Source: an uncultured Aquabacterium sp. (GTDB lineage: Bacteria > Pseudomonadota > Gammaproteobacteria > Burkholderiales > Burkholderiaceae_C). Taken from it: a stretch of DNA of 64,000 bases. The notes below the pieces were generated by a model. That model did not search any database and was not told the DNA's origin. It saw only the letters and a list, made by a program, of their open reading frames with translations. Below, piece after piece: positions 37,870 through 47,506 of the stretch. Within the stretch, counting starts at the first letter, position 1; every line of letters starts with the position of its first letter. Location of the stretch: NCBI GenBank assembly GCA_964618825.1, contig CAZUCW010000001.1:9543-73542 (forward strand), in the 5' to 3' direction. The position numbers and the translations under genes are program-made.

Positions 37870-40800
37870 GTGTCCCCCCGGACTTCCCTCATTGTGTCGT
37901 TGTCTTTCAGCCTGAATTTCCCTGAGTCGCTGCCCGTGAGCGGCAAGCGTGCCGACATCGAAGCCGCGCTGCGCGAGCACCAGGTGGTGATCGTGTGTGG
38001 CGAAACCGGCTCAGGCAAAACCACCCAGCTGCCCAAGATCGCGCTGGCCATGGGGCGAGGCGGCTGGGGGCAGCCGCGCGTGCCGGGGCAGCGTCGCCAA
38101 ATCATTGGCCACACGCAGCCCCGGCGCATTGCAGCATCAAGTGTGGCCAAACGCATCGCCGAAGAGCTGAACACGCCGCTGGGCGAGGTGGTGGGCTACA
38201 AGGTGCGCTTTCAAGACCGCCTGCAGCCCGGTGCCAGCGTCAAATTAATGACCGATGGCATCTTGCTGGCCGAAACCCAGGGCGATCCCGATCTGCGCGC
38301 CTACGACACTCTCATCATCGACGAGGCCCACGAGCGCAGCCTGAACATCGATTTCTTGTTGGGCTACCTCAAACAGTTGTTGCCGCGCCGGCCCGATCTC
38401 AAAGTGATCATCACCTCGGCCACGATCGATGCCGAGCGCTTTGCTCGCCATTTTGAAAGTGCCAAAGGCCCGGCGCCGGTGATCATGGTGTCGGGGCGGC
38501 TTTTTCCGGTTGAGCAGCGCTGGCGTCCCTTTGAAGATTCGCGCGAATACGATCTCAACGACGCCATCGCCGACGCCGCCGATGAGCTCTGGCGCGAGGG
38601 TGGATCGGGCTCAGGCGACATCCTCGTTTTTTTGCCCGGCGAGCGCGAGATTCGCGAGGCGGCTGATCATCTGCGCAAAAAACAGCATGTGGGCGTCGAG
38701 ATCCTGCCGCTGTTTGCGCGGTTGAGCCAGCAAGAGCAAGACCGCGTGTTTGAGCCCCATGGCGCGCGGCGCATCGTGTTGGCCACCAACGTGGCCGAAA
38801 CCTCGCTCACGGTGCCTGGCATCCGCTACGTGATCGATGCCGGCACGGCGCGTGTCAAGCGCTACAGCTATCGCAACAAAGTTGAGCAGTTGCAGATCGA
38901 GCCAGTGAGCCAATCGGCGGCCAACCAGCGTGCTGGCCGCTGCGGCCGCGTGGCCCATGGCATTTGTATTCGGCTGTACGACGAAAAAGATTTTGCGGGT
39001 CGCCCACGCTTCACCGATCCCGAAATCTTGCGCTCGTCGCTGGCTGGCGTGATCTTGCGCATGAAAGCGCTGCACCTGGGGTTGGTGGATGAGTTTCCGT
39101 TCATCGAACCGCCGCCGCGCAAGGCCATTGCCGATGGCTACCAACTGCTGGCCGAGCTGGGCGCGGTGGATGAGCACAACGAGCTCACGCCCATTGGTGC
39201 CGAGTTATCGAAGCTGCCGCTCGACCCACGTGTGGGGCGGATGATTCTTGAGGCACGCAACCGCCACGCCCTGAGCGAAGTGCTGGTGATCGCCTCGGCA
39301 CTGAGCGTGCAGGATGTGCGTGATCGGCCCATTGAGCAGGCCCAGGCTGCCGACGAAAAACACAAGCAATTCGACGACGAACGCTCTGAGTTTTCCGGCA
39401 CGCTCAAACTCTGGGCATGGCTTGAGCAAACGCGCGGATCGCAAAGCGCTGGCCATGCCGAATCCCAACACCAGGCTGAACACAAACTCTCGCACCGCAA
39501 ACAAGAGCAACGCTTGCGCGAACACTTCATCAACCCGCGTCGTGTGCGCGAGTGGCGTGATGTTTACGCACAGCTGCACACCGTGGTGGCCGAACACGGC
39601 TGGCGCTTAAACACTGCGCCTGCAACGTATGAGCAGCTGCATCTGTCGATGCTGGCGGGCTTGTTGGGCAACATCGGCTGCAAAAGCGATGAAGACGAGT
39701 GGTATCTCGGCGCACGCGGCATCAAGTTTTGGCGCCACCCCGGCGCCAATCTGTCGAAAAAACCGGGGCGCTGGCTGGTGGCTGCCGAGTTGGTTGAAAC
39801 CACCCGCCTGTATGGGCGAGGCCTGGCCGCCATCGATCCGCAGTGGCTGCCGGGCATCGCTGCGCATGTGATCAAAAAACAGTTGCTCGAGCCGCACTGG
39901 GAGAAAAAAGCCGCCGAGGTTGTCGCCCTTGAGCGCGCCACGCTCTACGGCATCGTGCTCTACAACAACAAGCGCGTGAACTTCGGGCGCATTGAGCCGG
40001 CACAGGCGCGCGAGATCTTCATCCGCGAGGCGTTGGTGCAAGGCGAGTGGGACACGCGCCTGCCGTTTTTTGCTCACAACCGCAAACTCATCGCCCAGGT
40101 TGAAGCACTCGAACACAAGGCGCGCCGGCAAGACGTGCTGGTTGATGATGAGCTGATCTATGCCTTCTACGATGCGCAAATACCGCCCGAGGTGATGAGC
40201 GGGGCCACGTGCGAGCGCTGGTATCGCGAGGCCAGCAAACACGAGCCCAAGCGCTTGATGCTCACGCGCGATGAGCTGATGCGCCACGAAGCGGCGGGCA
40301 TCACCAGCGCGGCGTTTCCTAAAACCATTCGCCTGGGCGGTGTCGATTGCACGGCCACATACCTGCACGAGCCGGGCGACGCGCGCGATGGCGTCACCGT
40401 GAGCGTGCCCATTTACGCCCTCAATCAAGTGAGCGACGAGCGCGGCGAATGGCTGGTGCCGGGCATGCTCAAAGACAAAGTGCTTGCGTTGATCAAGAGC
40501 CTGCATCAACGGCCACGCTCGCGCCTGGTGCCGCTGCCCGATTACGTCGACCGCTTTGTAGCTGCGCAACCGTTTGATGATTACCTGAAAACCGGCGGCC
40601 TGCTCGACGCACTGCTCAAGGCCGTGCGCGACACCACCCAGCTCGACATCAAACGGGCCGATTTCAAACTTGAGCTGGTGCCCCAGCACCTCTTCATGAA
40701 TTACCGCGTGGTGGATGAGCATGGCCGCCAATTGGGGCAGGGCCGCAACCTTGCCAGCCTCAAGGCCGAGCTGGGCGCCCAGGCGCGCGGTGCGTTTCAG

Positions 40801-41778
40801 GCGCTGGCTGCGCTCAAAGGCGCGGTGCGCAGCGAACCGACCGCCTTGCATTCGGGCGCTGCAGTGATCGCGCCTGCGCCCACGTCGACCCGTGCCGCAT
40901 CCCCCATCGATGCTCGCTCGCGCACCACCATGGCCAGCTACACCGATTGGACGTTTGGCGAGCTGCCCGAATTGATGGAGATTCAAAAAGGCAGCCAAAC
41001 GCTGGTGGGTTTTCCGGCCCTGATCGACAAAGGCGCACACGTTGAGCTCGAGGTGTTCGACGAGCCCGAAGCGGCGGCTGGCAAGCACCACGCCGGCTTG
41101 CGTCGCCTGGTGGCTCTGCAGCTCAAAGAGCCGCTCAAATATCTCGAAAAAAACATCCCCGATTTGCAAAAAATGGCCATGGCCTACATGCCGTTGGGCA
41201 CGGCCGACGAGCTGCGCGAGCAGATCATCGATATCGCGCTCGATCGGGCCTTTTTGCAAGAGCCCTTGCCGTTCAGTGCGGCCAGTTTCAAGGCGCGGAT
41301 CGAAGAAGGGCGCACCCGGCTCAACCTGATCGCCCAAGAAATCGCACGCCTGGCGGGGCAGGTGTTGATCGAATACCAAGCCGTCACACGCAAGCTCAAA
41401 GACAGCAAGCCGCCCAAAGATGTGGCCGACGATATTGCGGCCCAGCTACAGCGCCTTATGCCCAAACGCTTTGTGGCGCTCACGCCCTACGCGCAACTGC
41501 AACATGCGCCGCGTTATCTCAAAAGCATCGTGCTGCGGCTCGACAAACTGCGCGCCGATCCGGCCCGTGATGCGGCCAAGCTGGCTGAGTTGCGTCCGCT
41601 CGAGCAGCGCTACACCCGCCGCGTGGCCGAGCTCAAGGGGGCACACGATGCCCGGCTTGATGAGTTCAGGTGGATGCTCGAAGAGCTGCGCGTGAGCTTG
41701 TTTGCGCAAGAGCTGCGCACCCCCCAGCCGGTGAGCGCCAAGCGGCTCGAAAAAGTCTGGGCGCAGATAAACCACTGA
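37870..41778 (+). CDS. hrpA: ATP-dependent RNA helicase HrpA
   Basis: GETGSGKTTQLPK, DEAHERS, SATID, LATNVAETSLTVPG, QRAGRCGR, C-terminal WMLEELRVSLFAQEL. Confidence 0.95.
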   Translation: MSPRTSLIVSLSFSLNFPESLPVSGKRADIEAALREHQVVIVCGETGSGKTTQLPKIALAMGRGGWGQPRVPGQRRQIIGHTQPRRIAASSVAKRIAEELNTPLGEVVGYKVRFQDRLQPGASVKLMTDGILLAETQGDPDLRAYDTLIIDEAHERSLNIDFLLGYLKQLLPRRPDLKVIITSATIDAERFARHFESAKGPAPVIMVSGRLFPVEQRWRPFEDSREYDLNDAIADAADELWREGGSGSGDILVFLPGEREIREAADHLRKKQHVGVEILPLFARLSQQEQDRVFEPHGARRIVLATNVAETSLTVPGIRYVIDAGTARVKRYSYRNKVEQLQIEPVSQSAANQRAGRCGRVAHGICIRLYDEKDFAGRPRFTDPEILRSSLAGVILRMKALHLGLVDEFPFIEPPPRKAIADGYQLLAELGAVDEHNELTPIGAELSKLPLDPRVGRMILEARNRHALSEVLVIASALSVQDVRDRPIEQAQAADEKHKQFDDERSEFSGTLKLWAWLEQTRGSQSAGHAESQHQAEHKLSHRKQEQRLREHFINPRRVREWRDVYAQLHTVVAEHGWRLNTAPATYEQLHLSMLAGLLGNIGCKSDEDEWYLGARGIKFWRHPGANLSKKPGRWLVAAELVETTRLYGRGLAAIDPQWLPGIAAHVIKKQLLEPHWEKKAAEVVALERATLYGIVLYNNKRVNFGRIEPAQAREIFIREALVQGEWDTRLPFFAHNRKLIAQVEALEHKARRQDVLVDDELIYAFYDAQIPPEVMSGATCERWYREASKHEPKRLMLTRDELMRHEAAGITSAAFPKTIRLGGVDCTATYLHEPGDARDGVTVSVPIYALNQVSDERGEWLVPGMLKDKVLALIKSLHQRPRSRLVPLPDYVDRFVAAQPFDDYLKTGGLLDALLKAVRDTTQLDIKRADFKLELVPQHLFMNYRVVDEHGRQLGQGRNLASLKAELGAQARGAFQALAALKGAVRSEPTALHSGAAVIAPAPTSTRAASPIDARSRTTMASYTDWTFGELPELMEIQKGSQTLVGFPALIDKGAHVELEVFDEPEAAAGKHHAGLRRLVALQLKEPLKYLEKNIPDLQKMAMAYMPLGTADELREQIIDIALDRAFLQEPLPFSAASFKARIEEGRTRLNLIAQEIARLAGQVLIEYQAVTRKLKDSKPPKDVADDIAAQLQRLMPKRFVALTPYAQLQHAPRYLKSIVLRLDKLRADPARDAAKLAELRPLEQRYTRRVAELKGAHDARLDEFRWMLEELRVSLFAQELRTPQPVSAKRLEKVWAQINH

Positions 41779-41812
41779 TCGCTGTGTTTGATCGGCGAGC
41801 TCAAGTGTGGTC

Positions 41813-41826
41813 TACAATGCGCCCTC
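41813..41826 (+). promoter_or_regulatory. putative sigma-70 -10 box (TACAAT) with GC-rich discriminator for the tRNA
   Basis: TACAATGCGCCCTC just upstream of the tRNA; -35 box not clear. Confidence 0.4.
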
Positions 41827-41829
41827 ACT

Positions 41830-41906
41830 CGGGGTGTAGCGCAGTCTGGTAGCGCATCTGCTTTGGGAGCAGAGGGTCGTGAGTTCGAATCCCACCACCC
41901 CGACCA
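41830..41906 (+). tRNA. tRNA-Pro(TGG)
   Basis: CGGGGTG/CACCCCG acceptor stem, anticodon stem TCTGC/GCAGA with loop TTTGGGA, TTCGAAT T-loop, encoded CCA. Confidence 0.96.
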
Positions 41907-41914
41907 CACAAGTT

Positions 41915-41954
41915 AAAGAGCCGATCGATATTGCCGTCGATCGGCTCTTTTTTT
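41915..41954 (+). terminator. intrinsic terminator, possibly bidirectional
   Basis: AAAGAGCCGATCGA / TCGATCGGCTCTTT perfect inverted repeat followed by a T run, between the tRNA and the convergent HDOD gene. Confidence 0.88.
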
Positions 41955-41979
41955 GCCGTGTGCGCGGGCGAATCGATGG

Positions 41980-43176
41980 CTACTCGAGTTGCCCGGCGGC
42001 GGCCAGTGCCTTGAGGATGCAGTGGTTGATGTCGCTAAAGCCGGTGATGAGTTGCTCTGCGCCGTGGCGGATTTCGTCAAGCGTTTCGCCTTCAATGGCG
42101 CGCACCATATCGCAGTAGGGCTGGTAGGGCCCGGTGTTTTCGGCCAGCGCCATGTAGACGCGCTCAGGCACAGGAATGCTTTTGAGTAGCTCGGCAAAAG
42201 GTTGGCGAAACATGCGGTCGAGCAGCGAAAACACGCCGCAAATAAAGATCTCGTTGCGCATTTCTTCGTCGCCGGTGGTGGCGCGCACGAGTTCTTCCAT
42301 GAGCAGGCCGCGGCGCACGGCGGCAAACATCACCGGGCGCAGGTTGACATCTTTGCTGGCGGTGGCCAGCAGCAGCGCCAGCCAGCGCTTGAGGCGCTGG
42401 TAGCCCAGGATCATGATGGCGTGGCGAAACGAGCTGATTTCGACCGACAACCCAAAGGCAGGCGAGTTGATGTAGCGCATCAGCTTGAAGGCCAGGGGCG
42501 GATCGCGTTTGAGCGTGTTTTCGAGTTTTTCGATGTCTTCTTCTTTGTGCACTTGATCGATAAGTTGCACGATCACTTGCAGGCCGGGTTGATCGGATGC
42601 GCGGGTGGCGCCTTCAATGGCATCGTGGATGGGCCAGCCCAGCACCGCGACGGCACCTCGGCGAAAGCAGGCTTCCATATCGGCCACGGTGCGCACACCG
42701 CTTTGCACGTGGGTGATGGTGCGCATCACACCTTGCGGCGCCACCGAGGCAGGATCGACGCGACGGTCATCCGACAAATCGATGATCGAGTGCTTGAAGC
42801 ATGGCAGCACCTCGCGCGGCAGCTCGCGGGTGGGGCGGCCTTTGAGCAGCATCGTGTTGCCGTTGGCGTGCAGGTTGGTGATGAGCGCGCTGTTGTCGGG
42901 ATCGCTGGCCATAAAGGCCGGGATCTCGATCATCATGTGTGTGGCCGGCTGCTGGGCGAGGATGTCGTGCAGCAGCGATTCGCTCAGCACGTTGAGCGCT
43001 ACTTGCGGGCCGCCCACGGGCCAGACTTCAGCAACGGCTTCGAGCAGGCTGGCCGAGTCGAGTTTGGCGCCAGGTTGTAGCGGAAAGATGCTCAGCCGTG
43101 TGGCCGTAACGGTGCGGTTGCGATCGATGATGGGCGAGTAAGCCAGTGCGATCTGCCCGAGGATGTTGGCGTCCAT
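41980..43176 (-). CDS. degenerate EAL-like + HDOD domain protein
   Basis: YSPIID N-terminus without a canonical EAL motif; DPPLAFKLMRYINSPAFGL...S..HAIMILG and F..GVFSLLD HDOD signatures. Confidence 0.85.
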   Translation of the reverse strand: MDANILGQIALAYSPIIDRNRTVTATRLSIFPLQPGAKLDSASLLEAVAEVWPVGGPQVALNVLSESLLHDILAQQPATHMMIEIPAFMASDPDNSALITNLHANGNTMLLKGRPTRELPREVLPCFKHSIIDLSDDRRVDPASVAPQGVMRTITHVQSGVRTVADMEACFRRGAVAVLGWPIHDAIEGATRASDQPGLQVIVQLIDQVHKEEDIEKLENTLKRDPPLAFKLMRYINSPAFGLSVEISSFRHAIMILGYQRLKRWLALLLATASKDVNLRPVMFAAVRRGLLMEELVRATTGDEEMRNEIFICGVFSLLDRMFRQPFAELLKSIPVPERVYMALAENTGPYQPYCDMVRAIEGETLDEIRHGAEQLITGFSDINHCILKALAAAGQLE

Positions 43177-43206
43177 GAGTTTTATCGTGATGGTTATAAA
43201 GAGAGA

Positions 43207-44406
43207 TCAGCCGCCGATGTACTGGAACAAAGACATCTTCTGCACCATGGCGTAGGTTTGCAAGGCCGCTTGGTAGGCGCTTTGCTCGGTTTGAAAGTCT
43301 GAGATGGCCTCGACCATATCGAGATCCACCGCATCCGATTTGGATGTTTTGGCTGCCAGCACTTGATCGTCGAGCCGTTCTTCGATGCCATCGATTCGGT
43401 TGAGGGTTTCGCCTGCAGCGGCGCGTGCGCTGCCCATGGTGGCCGAGAGGCTGTCGACGTTGCGCAGCCCTTGGTTGATGGCCTGTGCAATTTGGCCGCT
43501 ATTGAGCCCGGTGCTGTTGAGCGTGCTGATGGCGTCGTCGAGCGCATCGAAAACGCTCAGGCTGTTGGTCGATGGCTCAATGCTGAAGGTGTCGCCGTTG
43601 GCAGGGGTGCCGGCAATCGTGAACGACATGCCATCGACCTGAATGGCTTTGCCCGGCGTGTAAGTTGCGCCCGAAACCACGGTAGAGCTGGCGGTGGTGT
43701 CGACGATGTCGTAAGTGATGGTTGAGCCCGAAACGGTGAACTGCACGCTGTAATCGTGGCCGGTGAGCTGCGAGGGGTCGCTCACGCTGCCAGCGTTGAT
43801 CCAAGCGGTGCCGTTTTGCACGGTCGAGTCGGTGACAAACACGCCGTTGCCGCTGCGTGCCTGCAGCCACGCAGCTTGGCCGTCGATGGTGGTGGGCACG
43901 ATGTCGCTGGCATCGGCCAGGTTTTGTCCGCCTTGCCCAACAAACTGCACGCCGCCGGTGGCATCAATAAAGGGCGGTGCAGCCGAGCCTTGCCCGCCAA
44001 AGAGGTAGCCGCCGTTGCCATCGGGGCTGTTGGCTACCTGAAAAAGCTGTTTGCGGATTTCGCTGAGCTTGGCGGCCAGCGCCTGGCGCTCGGCATCGGT
44101 GTAGCTGCCATTGCCGGCTTGCACCAATGTTTCGCGCGCGCTTTGCAGCAACTCGGTGGCATCGCCCAGCGCCGATTCGGACAGCGTCATTGCGTTTTTG
44201 GCGGCGTCGGCTGTGCGTTTGTCGGTTTCGCTGCGTGAGAGCGTGGCCTGGGCTCGCTCGGCCCGCGCTGCGGCCACGGGATCGTCGCTGCCTTTGCTCA
44301 CACGCAGGCCCGACGTCATCTGGTTTTGCTTGGTCGACAGATCGTTTTGCCGCTGCTGCAAATTGCTGACGACTTTGTCGTAGTTGTTTGATGTGCTGAC
44401 TCGCAT
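43207..44406 (-). CDS. flgL: flagellar hook-associated protein 3
   Basis: MRVST, SG.RV...SDDP, AN..DGNG.YLFGG, terminal SLFQYI; position in the flg operon. Confidence 0.95.
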   Translation of the reverse strand: MRVSTSNNYDKVVSNLQQRQNDLSTKQNQMTSGLRVSKGSDDPVAAARAERAQATLSRSETDKRTADAAKNAMTLSESALGDATELLQSARETLVQAGNGSYTDAERQALAAKLSEIRKQLFQVANSPDGNGGYLFGGQGSAAPPFIDATGGVQFVGQGGQNLADASDIVPTTIDGQAAWLQARSGNGVFVTDSTVQNGTAWINAGSVSDPSQLTGHDYSVQFTVSGSTITYDIVDTTASSTVVSGATYTPGKAIQVDGMSFTIAGTPANGDTFSIEPSTNSLSVFDALDDAISTLNSTGLNSGQIAQAINQGLRNVDSLSATMGSARAAAGETLNRIDGIEERLDDQVLAAKTSKSDAVDLDMVEAISDFQTEQSAYQAALQTYAMVQKMSLFQYIGG

Positions 44407-44439
44407 GGCGAACTCCAGTCAGGCAATGAGGCGAGGGGG

Positions 44440-46398
44440 TTACGAGGTCATGTTGAGCAAAGTGTCGAACACGCTTTGCGCGGTTTGCAGCACCTTGGCA
44501 GCGGCCTGATAGCTTTGCTGATACTGAATCAACCGCGCAGCCTCTTCGTGGAGGTTGACGCCTGTGGTGTTGGTGAGCGCGTCTTTGGCGGTTTGTGCAA
44601 TTGAGGCTGACACCTCGGCGGTGCTTTTTGCGCCTTGCACGCGCACACCGATGTCGGCCATGTTTTGAGCGTAGGCAGCGGTAACGGTGAAGCCTTGCGA
44701 GCTGCTGCTCACGCCCACCATGGTTTCATCGCGCAGAGCCAGCATGGCGCGGGCGTTGCCGTTGTTGCTGGCAGGGTAGGTGGTGGGTGCCACGGTGATG
44801 TCGTCGCCGTTGGCGGGTACGCCACTGAGCGTGAGCTCAAAACCGTTGAGTGAGATCGGTTGGCCGGCTTGCCAGGTGCCCGTGCCTGAGCTCACGACGG
44901 TGCTGCTGCTATCGACCAGCGACCAACTATAGGCGCCGCTGCCCGACGTGAAATTGATGTTGGCCGTGAGCGTGGGGTTGATTGATGAGCTCACCACCGT
45001 GAGCGAGCCGATGGTTGCGGTGCCCGTGTTGGTGGATGCGATGGTGGCCGTAACGGGCGAGGCGGCGGCGATGCCCTTGGGATCATCGAGCACCCGTTGC
45101 ATGCCCTGGGCTGCGGTGGTAACAGGCTGGATCAGGTAGCGATCGGTGGCCGCTGGGGCGGGCACGCCGATGCTGAGCGTGAAGCCGTCAATTTCTTGCG
45201 CGGGCAAGGCCGAGGGATCGTATGAAATTGAAGCGCCTGACGCCACGCCGCCCGATAGCGGGGTGACGAGATACAAGCCCGCATTGGCAGGGTCGGGCCG
45301 CAATTCGTATTCGGTGGCCTGCAATTGGGTGGCATCGGTGACGGTGATGCCCACGGTGGCCGTGAAGTTGCCGGCTGTTTTGTGGTTGGTCGAGGCGGGC
45401 AATATGCGTGCATCCCCCACGCTGAAGATGGGATCACCCGCGCTGCCGTTGAGGTCGAGCCCGTAGGATTGCTGCTCGTTGACGCGTGACGACAGCGCTG
45501 CCGATATCTGCCCGAGCATGTTGCGGGCATCGGTGAGATCCTGATCCTGAAACTTGAGCAGGCCGGCGATGCTGCCGCCGGCGATGGTTGATGAATCGAG
45601 CTCGCGGGCGCCCGAAAAATCTTGAATCGAAATGCGCGCCTTGTTGGCATCGTAGGTGTCTTGCGTCACGCTCAACTCAACGGCTTCGTTGCCGAGCACC
45701 AGACGCTGCGTGCCACCGATGAACACCGAGAGCGTGTCGTCTTCAGCCGGGATGGTGGTGATTTGCAAATATTGGCTGAGATCGTTAATGGCTTGATCTC
45801 GTTGATCGAGCAAATCGTTGGGGCTGTGGCCGGTGCCGCGGTAGCTGGCAATTTGCTGGTTGAGATTGGCAACCAGCGACGACAGACGATTGATGTCGCT
45901 TACCGATGTGCGCAGATCAGACACCACGCCTTGCTGCATGGACACCATTTGCGAGCCTGCCGTGCTCACTTGATTGGCCAGTTGGGCTGCGCGAGACAGC
46001 ACCACCTGGCGCGCTGCGGCGTCTTGCGGGTTGGTGGCAACATCGGCAAATGCGTTGAGCACGTTTTGCGCTGTCTGGCCGATGCTGTTGCTGCCGGTCG
46101 AAAAGAGTTTTTCGAGTTGCTGGAGCTGGTCGAGCCGGGCCTCGTCCATCGACGCTTGCGCACTGGCTTGCGACACCTCACGGGTTAAAAACTCATCCGA
46201 AGCCCGCGTCACGGTGCTCACCCGCACGCCACGGCCCAAAAAACCCGCCCCGCTGAACTGCCCTTTTTCGGTTTCGAGGGTGACGCTCTGGCGCGAATAA
46301 CCCGGCGTGTTTGAGTTGGCAATGTTGTTGCTGATCGTGTTGAGTGCGGCGTAGTTGGCCGCCAGGGCGCTGGTGCTGATGCCAAACAGTGAAGACAT
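44440..46398 (-). CDS. flgK: flagellar hook-associated protein 1
   Basis: SNNIANSNTPGYSRQ, NDLLDQRD, GVNL.EEAA.L..YQQ.YQAAAKV. Confidence 0.95.
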   Translation of the reverse strand: MSSLFGISTSALAANYAALNTISNNIANSNTPGYSRQSVTLETEKGQFSGAGFLGRGVRVSTVTRASDEFLTREVSQASAQASMDEARLDQLQQLEKLFSTGSNSIGQTAQNVLNAFADVATNPQDAAARQVVLSRAAQLANQVSTAGSQMVSMQQGVVSDLRTSVSDINRLSSLVANLNQQIASYRGTGHSPNDLLDQRDQAINDLSQYLQITTIPAEDDTLSVFIGGTQRLVLGNEAVELSVTQDTYDANKARISIQDFSGARELDSSTIAGGSIAGLLKFQDQDLTDARNMLGQISAALSSRVNEQQSYGLDLNGSAGDPIFSVGDARILPASTNHKTAGNFTATVGITVTDATQLQATEYELRPDPANAGLYLVTPLSGGVASGASISYDPSALPAQEIDGFTLSIGVPAPAATDRYLIQPVTTAAQGMQRVLDDPKGIAAASPVTATIASTNTGTATIGSLTVVSSSINPTLTANINFTSGSGAYSWSLVDSSSTVVSSGTGTWQAGQPISLNGFELTLSGVPANGDDITVAPTTYPASNNGNARAMLALRDETMVGVSSSSQGFTVTAAYAQNMADIGVRVQGAKSTAEVSASIAQTAKDALTNTTGVNLHEEAARLIQYQQSYQAAAKVLQTAQSVFDTLLNMTS

Positions 46399-46417
46399 GG
46401 CGAGGCTCCTGTCGGGA

Positions 46418-47506
46418 TCAGGTTACCGTGCGCTGAACGCGCAGCGCGGTGTTGATAACCTTTGTCAGCTTCTGGGCGTATTCGGGGTCGGTGGCATAGC
46501 CGGCTTTTTGCAGGCTCTTGGCGTAGCTTTGCGCATCACCGGCCTGGGCCACGACGTTGCTGTAGCGCGGGCTGTTGGTGATCAGCTTGGCGTGATCGCG
46601 AAAGGCCTCTTCATAAGAGTCGTATGAGCGAAAGCGCGCCGTTACCCGCCGCGCCACGCCGCCGATGTATTCGGTGGTGGTGACTTCGGCGACTTTGCCT
46701 TTCCAGTTGGCCCCGGCCTTGATGCCGAAGAGGTTGTGGCTGGGCGTGCCGTCTTTGTTTTTGATTTCGTGTTTGCCCCAGCCTGATTCGTGAGCAGCCT
46801 GGCCGATCAAATTGGCAGCAGGGATGCCCGTTTCGGCCTCGATGGTTTGTGCGGCGCTGAGGTGGCGGCGCACAAACGTTTCGGTGTGGCGCGTGCGCGA
46901 GTTGGCTGGTGCAGTGTTGGCGGCGGTGGCTGCGTTGGCTGTAGCCGCATCGGTGGCGCTTGTTGCTGCAGCGTTCAACGTGGCTTTTACAGATTCGAGT
47001 GTTGATCCCAACGATTCAAACAACGGTGCTGTGGGCAGGCCCAATTGCCCGAGAGCCCCGGGCGCCTGGGTGCTGCTGGCGACGTCCTCGGGGTCGATGC
47101 TCTGGTTGTTTGATACGGCGCTGCGCAGTGCCTGAAGGCTGAGTGAGGTGAGCGAGGGTGCGTTTGTTTGCGCTTCGGGGGCGGCTTTGCCGATCTGGCG
47201 GCCAAGCTGGCGCTCGATGGCTGCACTCAGGCCGCCGGGCAAGCCGCTCATGCGCGCGGCGTATTCGGTATCGAGCATCTCGGTGCCGAGTTTTGTGCCG
47301 CTGTTGTCGAGCATGCCGCTGCTCATGGTGTTGGCGCGCATCGATTTCATCAGCTCTTGCATGAACAGCGTTTCGAGCTGGCGCGCGGCGCCCTTGATGG
47401 CGGCTTTGGGGTCTTGTGTGGCTTTGGCTTTGAGCGCATCAAGCGAACGCAGCTCAAGCGTCATGCCCGCAAGATTGCCTCGGCCTGCTGGGTTGTCGAT
47501 GCTCAT
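46418..47506 (-). CDS. flgJ: flagellar rod assembly protein / muramidase FlgJ
   Basis: Rod-binding N-terminus (LMKSMR), QAAHESGWG, NLFGIKA, GYATDPEYA. Confidence 0.95.
   Translation of the reverse strand: MSIDNPAGRGNLAGMTLELRSLDALKAKATQDPKAAIKGAARQLETLFMQELMKSMRANTMSSGMLDNSGTKLGTEMLDTEYAARMSGLPGGLSAAIERQLGRQIGKAAPEAQTNAPSLTSLSLQALRSAVSNNQSIDPEDVASSTQAPGALGQLGLPTAPLFESLGSTLESVKATLNAAATSATDAATANAATAANTAPANSRTRHTETFVRRHLSAAQTIEAETGIPAANLIGQAAHESGWGKHEIKNKDGTPSHNLFGIKAGANWKGKVAEVTTTEYIGGVARRVTARFRSYDSYEEAFRDHAKLITNSPRYSNVVAQAGDAQSYAKSLQKAGYATDPEYAQKLTKVINTALRVQRTVT

Noticed and set aside
39607-41379. 590-aa minus-strand ORF
   Set aside because: Antisense shadow of hrpA.
41830-41980. tRNA-Pro as an island integration site
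   Set aside because: No integrase or duplicated tRNA 3' end seen; a terminator and core genes follow directly.
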